Positions 9,606 to 23,210 of a DNA stretch of 64,000 bases are shown here, in pieces. Every line of letters begins with the position of its first letter. The stretch's first letter is position 1. The DNA lies in NCBI RefSeq assembly GCF_013122565.1, contig NZ_CP053258.1; one strand, given 5' to 3'. Source of the stretch: Escherichia coli (GTDB lineage Bacteria; Pseudomonadota; Gammaproteobacteria; Enterobacterales; Enterobacteriaceae). The notes under the pieces are model-generated. The model saw only the letters and a list, made by a program, of their open reading frames with translations, had not been told where the DNA came from and ran no database searches. A program made the translations under genes and the position numbers.

Positions 9606-10427
9606 ATGATGCACAGGTTGAATCTCAATGGCTATGAACCCGACCGACACCATGAAGCCGCGGTCGCATTTTGTATTCACGCCGGAACGGATGAGTTAAC
9701 CAGTCCTGTACATCAGCACCGCAAAGGACAGCTGATACTGGCATTACATGGTGCAATTACCTGTACGGTGGAAAATGCTTTGTGGATGGTGCCGCCACAA
9801 TATGCGGTTTGGATACCGGGCGGGGTGGAACATAGTAATCAAGTGACAGCTAACGCTGAACTCTGTTTTCTGTTTATCGAACCCAGCGCAGTGACAATGC
9901 CGACAACATGTTGCACATTGAAAATATCGCCCTTATGCCGGGAATTAATTTTAACTCTGGCAAACAGGACGACGACTCAGCGTGCTGAGCCGATGACCCG
10001 CAGATTAATTCAGGTCCTGTTTGATGAACTCCCTCAGCAGCCACAACAACAGCTGCACCTACCCGTTTCTTCTCATCCTAAAATCCGCGCGATGGTGGAG
10101 ATGATGGCGAAAGAGCCCGTCGAGTGGGGGTCATTGGGGCAATGGGCTGGCTTTTTTGCGATGAGTGAACGCAATCTTGCCCGACTGATAGTAAAAGAGA
10201 CGGGGTTGAGTTTTCGCCAGTGGCGACAGCAGTTACAGCTGATTATGGCGCTTCAGGGATTAGTGAAAGGCGATACTGTACAGAAAGTTGCTCATACGCT
10301 GGGGTATGATTCAACAACGGCCTTTATTACTATGTTTAAGAAAGGCCTGGGGCAAACGCCAGGCCGATATATTGCGGGATTAACTACTGTTTCCCCACAA
10401 TCAGCGAAACCAGACCCGCGGCAATAA
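9606..10427 (+). CDS. nimR: AraC-family regulator (cupin plus HTH)
   Basis: 273 aa, C-terminal AraC HTH. Confidence 0.88.
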
Positions 10428-10830
10428 GCGGGCCAACCGGTACGCCGCGAAACAGCGCTACGCCTAAAACAGTGCCCACCAGCAGCCCAGCAACCAGTTG
10501 CGGCTGGCTGCCCATTAACGTCACGCCGCGCCCACCCAGCCAGGAGACAATAACGCCTACTGCAATTGCCACCAGCGATTTCCAGTTCAGAAACGAGTGA
10601 ATCAAGGTTGAGGGCGGTAGCGTCCCGCTGGCGATGGGGGCCATAACGCCAATCGTCAGAATGATTATCCCGATACTTAGCCCCTGTTTTTCAATCCACG
10701 GGAAAAAGGTGCTTAACGGTGTGACGCGGACAATGATCAACACCAGAATTGAAACGGCGACAGTGGTGTTATGACTGATAAAGCCCAGCGCAGCTAACCC
10801 GAGCAGGATCAGCAAAGTGACATCAAACAT
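10384..10830 (-). CDS. yeaL: DUF441 membrane protein
   Basis: 148-aa hydrophobic ORF. Confidence 0.85.
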
Positions 10831-10999
10831 CGTGGTTTCCTTGCCAAAAAATAATAAGCCTGCTTACTTTACGCTTGCTGCAGGAAGGAAGTAGAAAATC
10901 TTTACGTTTTTTGCATAAAAAATCAGGCGAACTGTCATCAAACTGCCATTTGTGCACGCTAACAATAACGTGAAAACAGCTATCTCCCGGGGGCATGCT

Positions 11000-11104
11000 A
11001 TGAACGATCAAATGTTCGTCGAGACACTGATTATCACGTCATCGTTTTTTGCCATTGCGGTTGTGCTGGTTTTGTCCGTTCTGCTTATTGAACGGACAGG
11101 CTAG
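11000..11104 (+). CDS. yoaI: 34-aa small membrane protein
   Basis: Translation [34 protein letters not shown]; not in ORF track. Confidence 0.7.
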   Translation: MNDQMFVETLIITSSFFAIAVVLVLSVLLIERTG

Positions 11105-11608
11105 TTACGCAGTGCGGCGGAAATTGATCAGTTCTGGTTGCGCAATGCGCAAATAATCCGCGGTTTTCAAAATAACGGATTTATCCAGCATGCCTGCATT
11201 GAAGGCGATTTCATCAAATCGTTCGAAGAGTAGGGGGTCGGCAACCAGTTTGAGTTTTGGATGGAAGCTGAAAGGGGGGATCGCGCCGAAGACACAGCCT
11301 GTGAGTTCATCGACTTCCGCCGGGCTGGCCAACGAAGCGCGTAATCCGCCTATATGGCTGGCGAGTTGGCTCAGATCGGCCTGTTGATCGGCAGCGAGGA
11401 TCGCCAGAACATGTTGATTTACGCCATTGCCTTTGACTTTACATACCAGTGCCTTAGCCCCCTGGCCTAAAGCGGTGCCACGAATTTCTGACACCGCTTC
11501 GCATTTACCTACCGCTTCATGGGTAACGACGCGGAAGTCAGCACCTTCTTGTGATAATAAAGCGATTAACCGCTGATGCGTCACGCTTCCTTTAGCCATT
11601 TCAGTCAT
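11105..11608 (-). CDS. yeaK: YbaK/ProX-type aminoacyl-tRNA deacylase
   Basis: 167-aa ORF. Confidence 0.88.
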   Translation of the reverse strand: MTEMAKGSVTHQRLIALLSQEGADFRVVTHEAVGKCEAVSEIRGTALGQGAKALVCKVKGNGVNQHVLAILAADQQADLSQLASHIGGLRASLASPAEVDELTGCVFGAIPPFSFHPKLKLVADPLLFERFDEIAFNAGMLDKSVILKTADYLRIAQPELINFRRTA

Positions 11609-11650
11609 TTCACGCTCCTGAGATTACAAGCAAACAACCACAGAAGATTA

Positions 11651-13141
11651 TCATGAACGGCTGTTTTTGTTCTGCTTATTGACATATAAACGCTCATCGG
11701 AAGCTTTATACGCATCATGTAACGTATCGTTTTCTTTCATCGCGTAAATACCGGAAGAGAAGCCAATCTCTTTCTGCGGCGCGATATGTTGCAGACGTTT
11801 TTCGATACGTTCAGGCAGTTGTGCTGCAATTTGCGGCGTCGAATCGACAAGAATGATGCAGAATTCATCGCCACCGAGTCGGATGGCATAATCACTTTTA
11901 CGAATCGACAGTTTAATCGCCTGAGCTAATAACGTAATCGCTAAATCCCCCTCCTGATGACCGAGGGTGTCATTTATTTGCTTTAACTTGTCCATGTCAA
12001 TTGCAATAAACATCACCGAAGAACCGGATTGCACCAGTTTTTGCAACCGCTGCTCCAGTTCAGGGGTTAAAATTTTGCGATTATAGAGTCCAGTCATCGC
12101 ATCACTAATATTTTCTCGCGACACATTTTGGTATAAACGGAAGTGCATCCGCACCATATTCAGCAAAATTAACGCCGTCAAAATCCAGAACAGAACGCTT
12201 TTCCACGAAGACGTGATAAAGTAAAGAATATCAATGGATAACGAGACACGAATGCCGCCCGGTAAGTCATGGACGTAACTGACATACTGGAACAGATTAT
12301 CTTCGCTCTGGTTGATGATAATGTCGCGCCCCGAATCTGTATCGGTTAGCGTGACATTGAGAAAACGCCAGAGGAGAGGGCGGTCATGAGTGTAAAAGAT
12401 ATTCCGCAGATTGTTTTTGTTAATATCCAGCAGCACAATCCCTTTTAGCTGCCCTGCAACATACACCGGCGTCAGCAAACTCATCACGTTCTGTTTAGTA
12501 CGCTGATCCTGGTAAATGCTCGACAATACGGTACGCCCGGTAAATACCTTTTCAATATCTTTGCGATCGATGCCAATACTTCCTGACTGCAGGAAGGACC
12601 AGTTATTCATCGCAAAGTATTCAACATTAACCGGCTCATAAAAATAGACATAGCGGTCATTGAGATCGAGATAATAGTGAAATTTCTCTTCGGCCATCCC
12701 AAGACCTGAACCGTAATCATCCTGGTGGCGGTTGCCTTCCACTGCCTGATCAAAAGCGGGTAATAGTGCTGCAGCTTCCACAATTGTGTCGCAGTCAGTG
12801 GATGCGGTTTGTAGTGTGCCGCGTAAGCCCGGGTATTTATGGGCAGTCAGGTTTAAGCCATGGGTATTATTGGCAGACTCAAAAGCCTCGCAGATGGCGC
12901 GCCGCTGTTCTGGCGACACTTCCGACTGCTCAGCAGCGAGAGCGCGCATCACATGCGCGGCAATACTCTGATTCTGATACTTATCATAAAGAAAGGAGGA
13001 GTCTGCTTTCTGCACGATATAGCGCAGATAGGCACTCATTGCTCTGTCGCTGGCGACAAGTTCAAAAATAAGGAAGGAAGATGTCAGCACAATGACACTT
13101 GCGGCGATAAAATGCCGGAGCATTCTATGGTGCAATTTCAT
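11651..13141 (-). CDS. dgcJ: Membrane diguanylate cyclase (GGDEF)
   Basis: 496 aa from MKLHHRMLRH; C-terminal GGDEF (RLGGDEF). Confidence 0.88.
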   Translation of the reverse strand: MKLHHRMLRHFIAASVIVLTSSFLIFELVASDRAMSAYLRYIVQKADSSFLYDKYQNQSIAAHVMRALAAEQSEVSPEQRRAICEAFESANNTHGLNLTAHKYPGLRGTLQTASTDCDTIVEAAALLPAFDQAVEGNRHQDDYGSGLGMAEEKFHYYLDLNDRYVYFYEPVNVEYFAMNNWSFLQSGSIGIDRKDIEKVFTGRTVLSSIYQDQRTKQNVMSLLTPVYVAGQLKGIVLLDINKNNLRNIFYTHDRPLLWRFLNVTLTDTDSGRDIIINQSEDNLFQYVSYVHDLPGGIRVSLSIDILYFITSSWKSVLFWILTALILLNMVRMHFRLYQNVSRENISDAMTGLYNRKILTPELEQRLQKLVQSGSSVMFIAIDMDKLKQINDTLGHQEGDLAITLLAQAIKLSIRKSDYAIRLGGDEFCIILVDSTPQIAAQLPERIEKRLQHIAPQKEIGFSSGIYAMKENDTLHDAYKASDERLYVNKQNKNSRS

Positions 13142-13321
13142 GATAAATGGCACTCCTTCGGTTAGTGAAACGAGAAAACCAGATAAAGTTCGATTGCGGC
13201 CTGGCACAGGGGCGCTAATTATACTCATCTCTGCGCCGCTGGGGAGGGGAAATTTAGGGGTAATAGTAATAAATTGTATGCAAAAGCCACGCAAAAAGCA
13301 TGGCTCTGAATATTTTTGCAC

Positions 13322-14797
13322 TTAAATATGATGAATAATCACTTTGTTGCCCCCCTCGCTTTTCGCTTCGCGTAAGGCTTTATCTGCTTCCGTCATGACA
13401 AGCGAGATATTACGCGTGTCACCCGTTGAAAAAACCGTGCCAATACTGATGGTCATTTGTTCAGGAACATCATATCTGTTACTAAAGCCGGTCAGGAGTT
13501 CGACATTTTTACGCATACGTTCCGCAATGATTTTTGCCTGGGCACTATTGAGTTCGGTAAATAGCAAGCCAAACACCTCACCCTCCAGTCGCGCTAAAAT
13601 ATCATCGGGGCGGATGCTTTGCTGGATAATATCGACAATTGAAACCAGCACTTTATCACCCACACGATGTCCCCATTGGGCATTGATACGTTTGAACTGA
13701 TTAATATCAACCAGCATGACACAGAAGTCCTTAACAACAGGTCGCGACAATAATGACTCTACGCTGTTGAAAAAGTAGCGCCGATTATAAATATTGGTCA
13801 GCACATCATGAACTGCCAGTTTGCTGGAGAGTTGCAGTTCCTGAAAAATGTTATAAATCAGAAAAGACACAACAAACAGTTTACTGGAGACTTCAATCCC
13901 GCGACTGATATACCAGATGGTGTAATTATACTCATCCAGAGTCAGTAGAAGTAAGTTACAGCATAGCGATGCCAGACATAATAATGCTATTAACGGCCAT
14001 AGTTCGCTGGCTAATCGTGTACGCATGATAATAAAGAACAGTAAAAATGCCCACAAACAAACCAATATTTTTGTATAGTTGATTCCCCAGGTCGCAGTAT
14101 GGTTGTCCGGACAGTAATCGACGACATACAAAGAATAGTCAGCGTTATAACTGCTCAGATTGTGTGCCAGAAGGGGAAAAACTAAAAAAGGGATCAGCGC
14201 CAGCAACAGGATTGCCATTTTTTTCTTATTGTTGTCAAGGATGTTGTCTTTTCCATAACAAAAGAGCGCCAGCGAGGTTAAACAAATAAAACTGAGTTGG
14301 CGGAAAATATAGAAAATAGAAACATCATTCGACTTTGTCTGAATCAGTGTACTGTCGCTGATAGGTTTATGGATAACAACAATAGTTTCAACTAAATAGA
14401 TAAGGCCACTTAAAAACGCAAGACTTAAAATGAGTGTTGGTAGAATTTGTTTGTTAGTGAAATATTTCATTAACATGAAAAGAAAAATGATGGCGTTAAG
14501 GAAAAACAAAGCCACAACGACCATCAGATAATTCATCTGTGGGATGAGTTTTACATTCGTGTTTTCGTTATATAAGGTGGTGATGCAAAATAAAATTAAC
14601 GTCAGCAATAAACTGAAAATAAAAAAGCTTTGAGCTTTTAATTTTTGTGTACCCATAGAAACCATAAAAAGGAGAGCAATATGAGTGCTGGATTTTATTG
14701 ATGGCAGAGATATATAGTTTTGACCAGGATCAATTTTCGTTAACGATAAAAAATATTTAAAGAATAACCCCAGGGAAATACGTGTTGACCGAATCAT
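13322..14797 (-). CDS. cdgI: Membrane GGDEF-domain protein, degenerate active site
   Basis: 491 aa; very AT-rich; multi-TM N-terminus; GGDEF-like domain with EGEVF in place of GGDEF. Confidence 0.88.
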   Translation of the reverse strand: MIRSTRISLGLFFKYFLSLTKIDPGQNYISLPSIKSSTHIALLFMVSMGTQKLKAQSFFIFSLLLTLILFCITTLYNENTNVKLIPQMNYLMVVVALFFLNAIIFLFMLMKYFTNKQILPTLILSLAFLSGLIYLVETIVVIHKPISDSTLIQTKSNDVSIFYIFRQLSFICLTSLALFCYGKDNILDNNKKKMAILLLALIPFLVFPLLAHNLSSYNADYSLYVVDYCPDNHTATWGINYTKILVCLWAFLLFFIIMRTRLASELWPLIALLCLASLCCNLLLLTLDEYNYTIWYISRGIEVSSKLFVVSFLIYNIFQELQLSSKLAVHDVLTNIYNRRYFFNSVESLLSRPVVKDFCVMLVDINQFKRINAQWGHRVGDKVLVSIVDIIQQSIRPDDILARLEGEVFGLLFTELNSAQAKIIAERMRKNVELLTGFSNRYDVPEQMTISIGTVFSTGDTRNISLVMTEADKALREAKSEGGNKVIIHHI

Positions 14798-14943
14798 TTT
14801 TCCGAATGATTGTTTTCTGGAACTAAATTGTGTAAAGGTTATGCTGTCATATTTAAAACGATTGTAAGCTAATGTATGTAATAAATGAGATAATTTACAG
14901 TGAGCTAAAAATCAGCCAGGCGATAATGACCCGGCTGATAGTT

Positions 14944-16239
<1,296 letters not shown>

Positions 16240-16339
16240 CTACATTTGCCAACTGTATGCTACGCCTGTGTTGCCGCTTCTCTGGCCCACGGTTCGCTGT
16301 CGTTGTAGGCCCGGTAGCATGTATACCGGGCCAGGGTTG

Positions 16340-18274
16340 TTAAGACGATTTACGTACGCGCAAATACCATTCGCACAGTAAACGCACCTGTTTACGGGTG
16401 TAGCCTTTTTCCATCATACGGTCGACAAAGTCGTCATGTTTCTTCTGCTCGTCGGTTGACGTTTTGGCGTTAAACGAAATAACCGGCAACAGCTCCTCGG
16501 TATTGGAGAACATTTTCTTCTCGATAACCGTGCGCAGTTTTTCATAGCTGGTCCAGTTCGGATTGCGTCCGCTGTTATTCGCTCTGGCGCGCAGTACGAA
16601 GTTAACAATCTCGTTGCGGAAATCTTTTGGATTACTGATCCCCGCCGGTTTCTCGATTTTCTCCAGCTCGGCGTTAAGAGACTCGCGGTCAAACAGCTGC
16701 CCGGTATCCGGATCGCGATACTCCTGATCCTGAATCCAGAAATCCGCGTAGGTAACATAACGGTCGAAAATGTTTTGCCCATATTCGGAATAGGATTCAA
16801 GGTAGGCCGTCTGGATCTCTTTGCCGATAAACTCGGCATATTTCGGGATCAGATAACCTTTCAGGAACTCCAGATAGCGTTCTGCCTGCTCTTGCGGGAA
16901 CTGCTCGCGCTCGATCTGCTGTTCCAGGACGTAGAACAGATGGACCGGGTTTGCCGCCACTTCTACATGATCGAAGTTGAACACGCGGGAGAGGATCTTA
17001 AACGCAAAACGCGTCGACAGACCGTTCATCCCTTCATCGACACCGGCATAGTCACGATATTCCTGATACGACTTGGCTTTGGGATCGGTGTCTTTCAGAC
17101 TTTCGCCATCATAAACCCGCATCTTTGAATAAATGCTGGAGTTTTCTGGCTCTTTCAGGCGCGAAAGAATGGAAAAACGTGACAGTGTTTCGAGCGTGCC
17201 AGGGGCGCAGGGGGCGTGAGTCAATTCACTGTGATTAAGCAATTTCTCGTAGATTTTGATCTCTTCGGAAATGCGCAAGCAATACGGCACCTTTACGATG
17301 TAAACACGATCGAGGAAGGCTTCGTTGTTTTTGTTATTACGGAAAGTGACCCATTCGGATTCGTTCGAGTGGGCGAGAATAATCCCGTTGAACGGCAGGG
17401 CGGAGATACCTTCCGTCCCGTTGTAGTTACCTTCCTGAGTGGCGGTTAACAGCGGATGCAGCACTTTTATCGGTGCTTTAAACATCTCAACGAATTCCAT
17501 GATCCCCTGATTGGCGCGGCATAGTGCACCGGAATAGCCATAGGCGTCCGGGTCATTCTGCGCGTAGTGTTCGAGTTTACGAATATCGACTTTCCCAACC
17601 AGCGCGGAGATGTCCTGGTTGTTCTCATCACCGGGTTCCGTTTTGGCGATGGCAATTTGTTGCAGAATTGACGGCCAGACCTTCACTACCCGGAACTTAG
17701 TGATATCGCCACCAAATTCATGCAGGCGTTTTGCCGCCCACGGCGACATGATGGTGCCGAGATAACGGCGAGGAATGCCATACTCTTTTTCCAGAATCTG
17801 CGCATCTTCCTGCGGATTGAAAAGACAGAACGGATGATCGTTGACCGGGCTACGCTCACCGTTGGCGCTCAATACATAAATCGGTACGAGCTGCATTAAT
17901 GATTTCAGTCGCTCAGCAAGCGATGATTTACCCCCACCCACAGGCCCCAGCAGATACAGGATTTGTTTCTTCTCTTCCAGCCCCTGAGCCGCGTGTTTCA
18001 GATAAGAGACAATCTGTTCAATCGCGTCTTCCATGCCGTAAAACTCTTCAAATGCCGGATAACGTGCAATGACCCGGTTAGAAAAGAGTCGAGAAAGTCT
18101 GGGTTCCTGGGCTGTATCGACCATGACAGGCTCACCGATAGCCATCAATAGCCGCTCAGCCGCGTTGGCATAAGCACTGCGATCTTGCCGACAAGTGGTA
18201 AGAAACTCCTGCAGTGTGAACTCTTCGTCCTTGGCAGCTTCATATCGCTGGCGATAGTGATCGAATATATTCAT
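16340..18274 (-). CDS. yeaG: PrkA-family serine protein kinase
   Basis: 644 aa; P-loop GPVGGGKSS. Confidence 0.9.
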   Translation of the reverse strand: MNIFDHYRQRYEAAKDEEFTLQEFLTTCRQDRSAYANAAERLLMAIGEPVMVDTAQEPRLSRLFSNRVIARYPAFEEFYGMEDAIEQIVSYLKHAAQGLEEKKQILYLLGPVGGGKSSLAERLKSLMQLVPIYVLSANGERSPVNDHPFCLFNPQEDAQILEKEYGIPRRYLGTIMSPWAAKRLHEFGGDITKFRVVKVWPSILQQIAIAKTEPGDENNQDISALVGKVDIRKLEHYAQNDPDAYGYSGALCRANQGIMEFVEMFKAPIKVLHPLLTATQEGNYNGTEGISALPFNGIILAHSNESEWVTFRNNKNNEAFLDRVYIVKVPYCLRISEEIKIYEKLLNHSELTHAPCAPGTLETLSRFSILSRLKEPENSSIYSKMRVYDGESLKDTDPKAKSYQEYRDYAGVDEGMNGLSTRFAFKILSRVFNFDHVEVAANPVHLFYVLEQQIEREQFPQEQAERYLEFLKGYLIPKYAEFIGKEIQTAYLESYSEYGQNIFDRYVTYADFWIQDQEYRDPDTGQLFDRESLNAELEKIEKPAGISNPKDFRNEIVNFVLRARANNSGRNPNWTSYEKLRTVIEKKMFSNTEELLPVISFNAKTSTDEQKKHDDFVDRMMEKGYTRKQVRLLCEWYLRVRKSS

Positions 18275-18376
18275 GGTATGCCGTCCTTTCGTTTTTTAGC
18301 ACAGGTTAAGAGCCGTTCATATGAATAGTAGAGGCTCCCGGAAGAGGTAAACTGAACGACGTCTCTTGCTAAAACA

Positions 18377-18393
18377 CAGCAACTCTCATGCCA
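18377..18393 (-). promoter_or_regulatory. Putative sigma54 (-24/-12) promoter for yeaG
   Basis: Minus-strand TGGCATgagagTTGCTG; GG and GC 10 nt apart, about 100 bp upstream of yeaG start. Confidence 0.4.
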
Positions 18394-18709
18394 TTTTATC
18401 GACGATGAGAACAACGTGCCCGGTGATACACCTTCAAAATTAAGCGTAGATGGCAAATGGAAAACTTGCCTGCACGGCTTTCTTAATTTCAATGGCATAT
18501 CAACAACTCATCCATAAATTTTGCATAATTAATGTAAAGACCAGGCTCGCCAGTAACGCTAAATTCATTTGGCTGTAAGCGCGGTGTCATCCGCGTCAGG
18601 AAAATTAAACAGTTACTTTAAAAAATGAAAACGTAAAAAGGTTGGGTTTCGATGTATTGACGGGTAAACTTTGTCGCCCGCTAAACATTTGTTTAAGGAA
18701 TGATTAATT

Positions 18710-19456
18710 GTGACCAAACTCAAACTTCTGGCACTTGGAGTGCTTATCGCAACGTCTGCAGGCGTAGCGCACGCTGAAGGTAAATTTTCCCTGGGCGCAG
18801 GCGTAGGTGTCGTTGAACACCCATATAAAGATTACGATACCGATGTGTACCCAGTACCGGTAATCAACTATGAAGGCGATAACTTCTGGTTCCGTGGCTT
18901 AGGTGGTGGTTACTACCTGTGGAATGACGCAACGGATAAACTTTCAATTACCGCTTACTGGTCGCCGCTTTACTTCAAAGCTAAAGACAGTGGCAATCAC
19001 CAAATGCGTCACCTGGATGACCGTAAGAGCACCATGATGGCTGGTCTGTCTTATGCTCACTTTACCCAGTACGGTTACCTGCGTACCACCCTGGCTGGCG
19101 ATACCCTGGATAACAGCAACGGCATCGTCTGGGATATGGCCTGGTTGTATCGTTACACCAACGGTGGCCTGACCGTGACTCCGGGTATTGGTGTGCAGTG
19201 GAACAGCGAAAATCAGAACGAATACTATTATGGCGTATCGCGCAAAGAGTCCGCTCGCAGCGGTCTGCGTGGCTATAACCCGAACGACAGCTGGAGCCCT
19301 TACCTGGAGCTGAGCGCCAGCTACAACTTCCTCGGCGACTGGAGTGTTTACGGTACCGCGCGCTACACCCGTCTGTCTGATGAAGTTACTGACAGCCCGA
19401 TGGTGGATAAATCCTGGACTGGCCTGATTTCTACCGGGATCACCTACAAATTCTGA
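18710..19456 (+). CDS. mipA: MltA-interacting outer-membrane protein
   Basis: 248 aa, GTG start, signal peptide, beta-barrel-like. Confidence 0.9.
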   Translation: MTKLKLLALGVLIATSAGVAHAEGKFSLGAGVGVVEHPYKDYDTDVYPVPVINYEGDNFWFRGLGGGYYLWNDATDKLSITAYWSPLYFKAKDSGNHQMRHLDDRKSTMMAGLSYAHFTQYGYLRTTLAGDTLDNSNGIVWDMAWLYRYTNGGLTVTPGIGVQWNSENQNEYYYGVSRKESARSGLRGYNPNDSWSPYLELSASYNFLGDWSVYGTARYTRLSDEVTDSPMVDKSWTGLISTGITYKF

Positions 19457-19486
19457 TAATGCATCTTTCCAGGGCATTTTGTGCAT

Positions 19487-19514
19487 AAAAACAGGGCGTG
19501 ATGCCCTGTTTTGC
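19487..19514 (+). terminator. Intrinsic terminator after mipA
   Basis: cagggc-gtgat-gccctg followed by ttttgc. Confidence 0.55.
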
Positions 19515-19545
19515 ATTACGGTGGTGCAATACCTGGGAGGAAACA

Positions 19546-20400
19546 ATGCAACAAAAAATGATTCAATTTAGTGGCGATGTCTCACTGCCAGCCATAGGGC
19601 AGGGAACATGGTATATGGGCGAAGATGCCAGTCATCGCAAAACAGAAGTTGCTGCACTACGCGCGGGCATTGAACTCGGTTTAACCCTCATTGATACCGC
19701 CGAAATGTATGCCGATGGCGGTGCCGAAAAGGTGGTTGGGGAAGCATTAACCGGTCTGCGAGAGAAGGTCTTTCTCGTCTCTAAAGTCTATCCGTGGAAT
19801 GCTGGCGGGCAAAAAGCGATAAATGCATGCGAAGCCAGTTTACGCCGTCTCAATACTGATTATCTCGATCTCTACTTATTACACTGGTCTGGCAGTTTCA
19901 CTTTTGAAGAGACTGTCGCAGCGATGGAAAAATTGATCGCTCAGGGAAAAATCCGCCGCTGGGGCGTTTCTAACCTTGATTATGCCGATATGCAGGAACT
20001 CTGGCAGCTGCCGGGGGGAAATCAGTGTGCCACTAATCAGGTGCTTTACCATCTCGGTTCACGAGGGATTGAGTACGATCTACTCCCCTGGTGCCAGCAA
20101 CAACAGATGACGGTGATGGCTTACAGTCCATTAGCCCAGGCCGGGCGGTTGCGCAATGGGCTGTTAAAAAACGCGGTAGTCAACGAAATTGCACATGCTC
20201 ACAATATCAGCGCGGCACAAGTATTGTTGGCGTGGGTAATCAGCCATCAGGGTGTGATGGCGATTCCAAAAGCGGCCACGATTGCCCATGTCCAACAAAA
20301 TGCGGCTGTGCTTGAGGTCGAACTTTCTTCAGCGGAATTAGCTATGTTGGATAAGGCATATCCGGCACCAAAAGGAAAAACTGCGCTGGATATGGTGTGA
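19546..20400 (+). CDS. yeaE: Aldo-keto reductase
   Basis: 284 aa from MQQKMIQF. Confidence 0.88.
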   Translation: MQQKMIQFSGDVSLPAIGQGTWYMGEDASHRKTEVAALRAGIELGLTLIDTAEMYADGGAEKVVGEALTGLREKVFLVSKVYPWNAGGQKAINACEASLRRLNTDYLDLYLLHWSGSFTFEETVAAMEKLIAQGKIRRWGVSNLDYADMQELWQLPGGNQCATNQVLYHLGSRGIEYDLLPWCQQQQMTVMAYSPLAQAGRLRNGLLKNAVVNEIAHAHNISAAQVLLAWVISHQGVMAIPKAATIAHVQQNAAVLEVELSSAELAMLDKAYPAPKGKTALDMV

Positions 20401-20450
20401 TGTTGATGCGTGCCGGATGCATCGCACCCGGCACACAACATTAACGCAAA

Positions 20451-21335
20451 TTAACGTTTGGTAACGCGAATGGATTGCGCCAGATGTGCAGGTTTTTCTT
20501 TGGTCACTTTTTGCGTTTCTGAAGCGTAAGCCGTTTCTACACAAACAAAGGTCTTGTAGCCATCGTCCGGCATGTCGCCCATGCTAACTGAAAGCGCCGG
20601 TCCCGGGTTCCAGCCGACAACGTTCAGATGATGCTGGTGGCCTACGGCGATAATACGATTCAGCGCTTCATCATTAATTACGCTGCAATCTTGCGGATTC
20701 AGATACACGCGATCGGTACGGTCAGGGAAGGTCTGAATACCGTCGGTCAGTACATCTTCTTTCGCGTCATTTACTTTATCAATGAAGCGATCGCCCAGCC
20801 CACTGACGCTTACCTTAGCGATATCACCCACGTTAAAGTAGGTATGCAGGGCAGAGGTGGTTTCAAATTCGCCATGAGATTCAAGATCGATTTCACAGGT
20901 TTTACCCACGCGGAAATGCGCTAACAGCGTAAAGTCGTGCGGCCAGAATTTTTTCGTCTCGTCGCTTTGTGTCAATTCAAAAGTCAGCGCTACGCCATCA
21001 GCATCTTCATAATGTGATTTCAGCGTCCACGGCAGGTTGCGGGCAAAACCGTGCGCAGGCAGACCTTGTTCTGCAGCCGGACCAAACCACGGCCAGCAAA
21101 CCGGTACGCCACCGCGAATAGCGACGCCATTTTTGAACGGTGTGTTGTTGCTCAACCACAGAACTTCTTCTTCACTCGCAGGTTTCCACGAGAGAAGGTG
21201 TGCGCCCTGTAATGCAAAAGAGGCTTTTACCTGGGGATGATCGACCACAATGAGGTCCAGTTCATCCAGTTTACGACGGGAGAGGACAGGGGAGATTTGT
21301 TCGATGACCGGAAGGGCAAAAATTTTATTAATCAT
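20451..21335 (-). CDS. yeaD: Aldose 1-epimerase-family protein (glucose-6-phosphate 1-epimerase-like)
   Basis: 294 aa from MINKIFALP; downstream of gapA. Confidence 0.88.
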   Translation of the reverse strand: MINKIFALPVIEQISPVLSRRKLDELDLIVVDHPQVKASFALQGAHLLSWKPASEEEVLWLSNNTPFKNGVAIRGGVPVCWPWFGPAAEQGLPAHGFARNLPWTLKSHYEDADGVALTFELTQSDETKKFWPHDFTLLAHFRVGKTCEIDLESHGEFETTSALHTYFNVGDIAKVSVSGLGDRFIDKVNDAKEDVLTDGIQTFPDRTDRVYLNPQDCSVINDEALNRIIAVGHQHHLNVVGWNPGPALSVSMGDMPDDGYKTFVCVETAYASETQKVTKEKPAHLAQSIRVTKR

Positions 21336-21365
21336 GACGCAGTCCTTTAACTTCATTTTATCAGG

Positions 21366-21397
21366 TAAAAAAAAGAGCGACCGAAGTCGCTCTTTTT
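21366..21397 (-). terminator. Intrinsic terminator after gapA
   Basis: A8-agagcgac-cgaa-gtcgctct-T5; T-run follows hairpin on minus strand. Confidence 0.65.
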
Positions 21398-21418
21398 AGA
21401 TCACAGTGTCATCTCAAC

Positions 21419-22426
<1,008 letters not shown>

Positions 22427-22755
22427 CTATTTGTTAGTGAATAAAAGGTTGCCTGTAAAATTACAAAAACCTTACGCAGCGTCAAGCGGAATCGTGTCAA
22501 TCATTGCGACAAATCAATCCTGTGCCTAAGCATTACGCGACTGACTCGCCTCACTCTTCCTTTGGGCTTGAGACCACATGGGGTCGGCGCCCCGAATTTT
22601 AAAGGGCAATTACGATAAAAATGTGATTTTCATCACGATTTAGGTGCAGCCATTTCGTCGAGATCAAGTTTAGGACAAAATTTTACCAGTTGGTGTTAAT
22701 GTTTTGTTAGAATCAGTCACGTAATGTGAGCACGATTAAAGTGAGATGTGAGCAA

Positions 22756-23169
22756 ATGGCTAATAAACCTTCGGCAGAAGAACTGAAAAAAAATTTGTCC
22801 GAGATGCAGTTTTACGTGACGCAGAATCATGGGACAGAGCCGCCATTTACGGGTCGTTTACTGCATAACAAGCGTGACGGCGTATATCACTGTTTGATCT
22901 GCGATGCCCCGCTGTTTCATTCCCAAACCAAGTATGATTCCGGCTGTGGCTGGCCCAGTTTCTACGAACCGGTGAGTGAAGAATCCATTCGTTATATCAA
23001 AGACTTGTCACATGGAATGCAGCGCATAGAAATTCGTTGCGGTAACTGTGATGCCCATCTGGGGCATGTCTTTCCCGACGGGCCGCAGCCAACGGGCGAA
23101 CGTTATTGTGTTAACTCTGCCTCTTTACGCTTTACCGATGGCGAAAACGGCGAAGAAATCAACGGTTGA
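22756..23169 (+). CDS. msrB: Peptide methionine-R-sulfoxide reductase
   Basis: 137 aa with CxxC...CxxC zinc site. Confidence 0.9.
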
Positions 23170-23210
23170 AAAAACGATTCAGCAACTTATTCCACAGGAG
23201 CGGAAAAATT

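Noticed and set aside
18944-19546. 200-aa minus-strand ORF
   Set aside because: Antisense within mipA
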